From the NCBI GenBank assembly GCA_028289375.1, contig JANQQK010000035.1, positions 113,497 to 177,496 of the forward strand: a stretch of DNA of 64,000 nucleotides. The letters run 5' to 3'. Origin of the DNA: Phycisphaerae bacterium. GTDB lineage: Bacteria; Planctomycetota; Phycisphaerae; UBA1845. The position numbers and the translations under genes were made by a program. This document shows positions 62,267 to 64,000 of the stretch, in pieces. Each line of letters begins with the position of its first letter. Within the stretch, counting starts at the first letter, position 1. The notes below the pieces were generated by a model. The model had not been told where the DNA came from and ran no database searches. It worked only from the letters and a program-made list of their open reading frames with translations.

Positions 62267-63274
62267 ATGGCTGACGTTCTCGATCAATCTGAAGTTGATT
62301 CGCTCCTGCAGGCGGTGGAAGCCGGCACACTGGAGGACGATCACGCGGCATCTTTTGCGCGGCTGGAAGAGGAACGCCAGCGCGACATCCAGACGTACGA
62401 CTTCAAACGTCCCGAGCGCGTCAGCAAGGATCAGATGCGGGCACTCGAAAGTCTGCATGAGGGTTTCGCCCGAAACTTCGGTGCGTCGCTTTCAGGATTC
62501 CTGCGCACGATCATCGAAGTTCGCGTCGCGACGGCGGAGCAGTTGACCTACAGCGAGTTCATTCACTCGCTGCCGAACCCGACGAACTTCAATCTTGTGT
62601 CGGCTGAACCGCTCGAAGGGCAGATGTGCCTCGAGCTAAGCCCGCTGATCATTTACCCGATCATCGACCGCCTGCTGGGTGGCTCGAGCAATGAGACGTT
62701 CGTGCCGCAGCGACCGCTGACAATGATCGAGCTGCGACTCGTGCGACGTATTACCGATCGCGCATTGGCCAACCTGACCGAGGTGTGGTCGGCACTCGTC
62801 GAAGCCAACTTCAAACTCGAAGAGGTCGAGAACAACCCGCATCTGGTGCAAATCGTCGCGCCAAACGAAGTGGTCGTCGTGCTTGGTTTCGAGATCAAGA
62901 TGGGCAACCGCTCGGGTACGATGAGCTTTTGCATTCCGTTCAACGTCATCGAGCCGGTGATGAGCAAGCTCGCGACGCAAGGGTGGCTTGCGTACAAACG
63001 TCGCGCCAGCGCCGAAGCCAAGCACGAAGAAATCGCCAGCGAGTTGGGCCAATCGCAGGTGCCGATGACGGCGATGCTGGCCGAGACGGACATCGCCGTG
63101 CAGGAGTTGTTGAACCTGCAAGTCGGCGACATCATTCAGACGAGCAAGCCCGCCAACTCGCCGCTACTGCTCAAGGTGGCCGGCAAACCGGGATACGCCT
63201 GCACGCTTGGCAAATACAAAGACCACCGCGCCATCAAGATCCTCCGCGAAGCCGAACCCGGCGAGCGGTTCTGA
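62267..63274 (+). CDS. fliM: Flagellar motor switch protein FliM
   Basis: The N-terminus LDQSEVDSLL (CheY-P-binding LSQxEIDALL-like) is followed by YDFKRPERVSKDQMRALESLHEGFARNF and a C-terminal SpoA/FliN-like domain (LLNLQVGDIIQT...). Confidence 0.9.
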   Translation: MADVLDQSEVDSLLQAVEAGTLEDDHAASFARLEEERQRDIQTYDFKRPERVSKDQMRALESLHEGFARNFGASLSGFLRTIIEVRVATAEQLTYSEFIHSLPNPTNFNLVSAEPLEGQMCLELSPLIIYPIIDRLLGGSSNETFVPQRPLTMIELRLVRRITDRALANLTEVWSALVEANFKLEEVENNPHLVQIVAPNEVVVVLGFEIKMGNRSGTMSFCIPFNVIEPVMSKLATQGWLAYKRRASAEAKHEEIASELGQSQVPMTAMLAETDIAVQELLNLQVGDIIQTSKPANSPLLLKVAGKPGYACTLGKYKDHRAIKILREAEPGERF

Positions 63275-63357
63275 GAATTCCCGCCGGCCAAAGTAGTTCC
63301 AGCCGAAGAGTCGCTGTGCCTATCGTTGAACCAAGTGCACGCAGCATGAGATTGGGG

Positions 63358-63363
63358 TAGTTT
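63358..63363 (+). promoter_or_regulatory. Candidate -10 box (TAGTTT) 7 nt upstream of ATG 63371 (leaderless geometry)
   Basis: The sequence is ggggTAGTTTgtgcgccATG. No Shine-Dalgarno sequence is present. Confidence 0.2.
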
Positions 63364-63370
63364 GTGCGCC

Positions 63371-64000
63371 ATGGAATCCCTTCGGCGACACTACGAACCC
63401 TGGATCCTGCTCATCACAGGCTATCTCGTTTGCGACACTGTACTCGCAATCACAATGACCCAAACAGGCGGCATGTTCAGTTTCGGTCAATTGTGGAAGG
63501 CCATCAATGGCGAGCAAGTCTGGGCAATGGGCTCGCCGCTGACACAAGGAATGGCCTTTGCCAATGTAGCAGGATTGTCGATTCCGCTGATTATCGCCGT
63601 GGGCTTGGTGTTTTCTCCAAGATCGGCGCGACGGACCGTGGTCGTCGGATGCGTCGCTGGAGCTATAACTGAATTCGCTTGGTATTTTGCTTCATTGAGT
63701 ACTCCGCCGCCTTTCGGTTCCGACTATTCTGTGGCGGAGACGGCAGTTTGGATGCTGAGATATAAGTATCCGCAACTGGCGTGTTACGTAGTGGCCGGCC
63801 TGACTATTAGCGTATGCCGATTGTCCGGTCAACGATTCTTTGTTCCTGTAGCAGCATACATGGTGACGCACCGGTGTCTAACGCTCTACCAAACCGCGTC
63901 TCTTGCTTCGGCCCCACAACAAGCCGGTGCGCCTGTTCGACCGAAGATTCCGATTTGGGAGATGCCATGGTGGGTATGGTACCCAATCATGCTTATCGCG
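63371..64000 (+). CDS. Partial (5' portion) polytopic membrane protein, hypothetical; it runs off the window end
   Basis: My own translation from ATG 63371 gives MESLRRHYEPWILLITGYLVCDTVLAI...WEMPWWVWYPIMLIA. That is 210 codons with no stop and several hydrophobic helices. It is absent from the supplied ORF track because it has no stop. The track's 63364-63672 ORF is in another frame and is Arg-rich. Confidence 0.5.
   Translation, partial: MESLRRHYEPWILLITGYLVCDTVLAITMTQTGGMFSFGQLWKAINGEQVWAMGSPLTQGMAFANVAGLSIPLIIAVGLVFSPRSARRTVVVGCVAGAITEFAWYFASLSTPPPFGSDYSVAETAVWMLRYKYPQLACYVVAGLTISVCRLSGQRFFVPVAAYMVTHRCLTLYQTASLASAPQQAGAPVRPKIPIWEMPWWVWYPIMLIA

Noticed and set aside
63364-63672. Track ORF 63364-63672 (102 aa, Arg-rich) as the gene after fliM
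   Set aside because: Another frame starting at ATG 63371 stays open for 210 codons to the window end and encodes plausible TM helices. The 102-aa ORF looks like an off-frame artefact.

Overview
This is a high-GC bacterial chromosomal segment with about 45 protein-coding genes and two tRNAs (Ser-GGA, Asp-GTC). I found no rRNA, CRISPR array, transposase or integrase. The gene content suggests a Planctomycetota-like organism, which is an inference. That content includes a PEP-CTERM tail, a GspG-like pseudopilin, an ECF sigma paired with a Ser/Thr kinase, a giant beta-helix repeat protein, dockerin-like C-terminal tags, BNR/TSP3 surface proteins, and scattered flagellar genes flgM and fliM. Recognisable housekeeping genes are purA, uppS, smc, aroA, a PBP4-type dacB, pterin-4a-carbinolamine dehydratase and a single-ORF transketolase-transaldolase fusion. 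Most long ORFs opposite these genes are high-GC shadow ORFs. The points most worth a second look are listed here. (1) A Ser/Thr kinase has an N-terminus carrying a zinc anti-sigma H-x3-C-x2-C motif. It lies divergent from an ECF sigma and upstream of a 1,565-aa repeat protein. (2) A two-loop Asp-rich, Cys-bracketed C-terminal tag is shared by three secreted proteins. (3) An ABC ATPase is fused to a HlyD-type adaptor. (4) The Tkt-Tal fusion is translationally coupled to a Cys/His-rich orphan. (5) A 67-bp direct repeat of a methyltransferase 3' end brackets a one-gene DUF488 insertion. (6) TANNNT boxes recur 6-8 nt upstream of ATG codons, suggesting leaderless mRNAs. (7) A/T-richer orphan islands lie at about 38.2-39.1 kb and 42.3-44.6 kb. 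All promoter calls are sequence-pattern hypotheses only.
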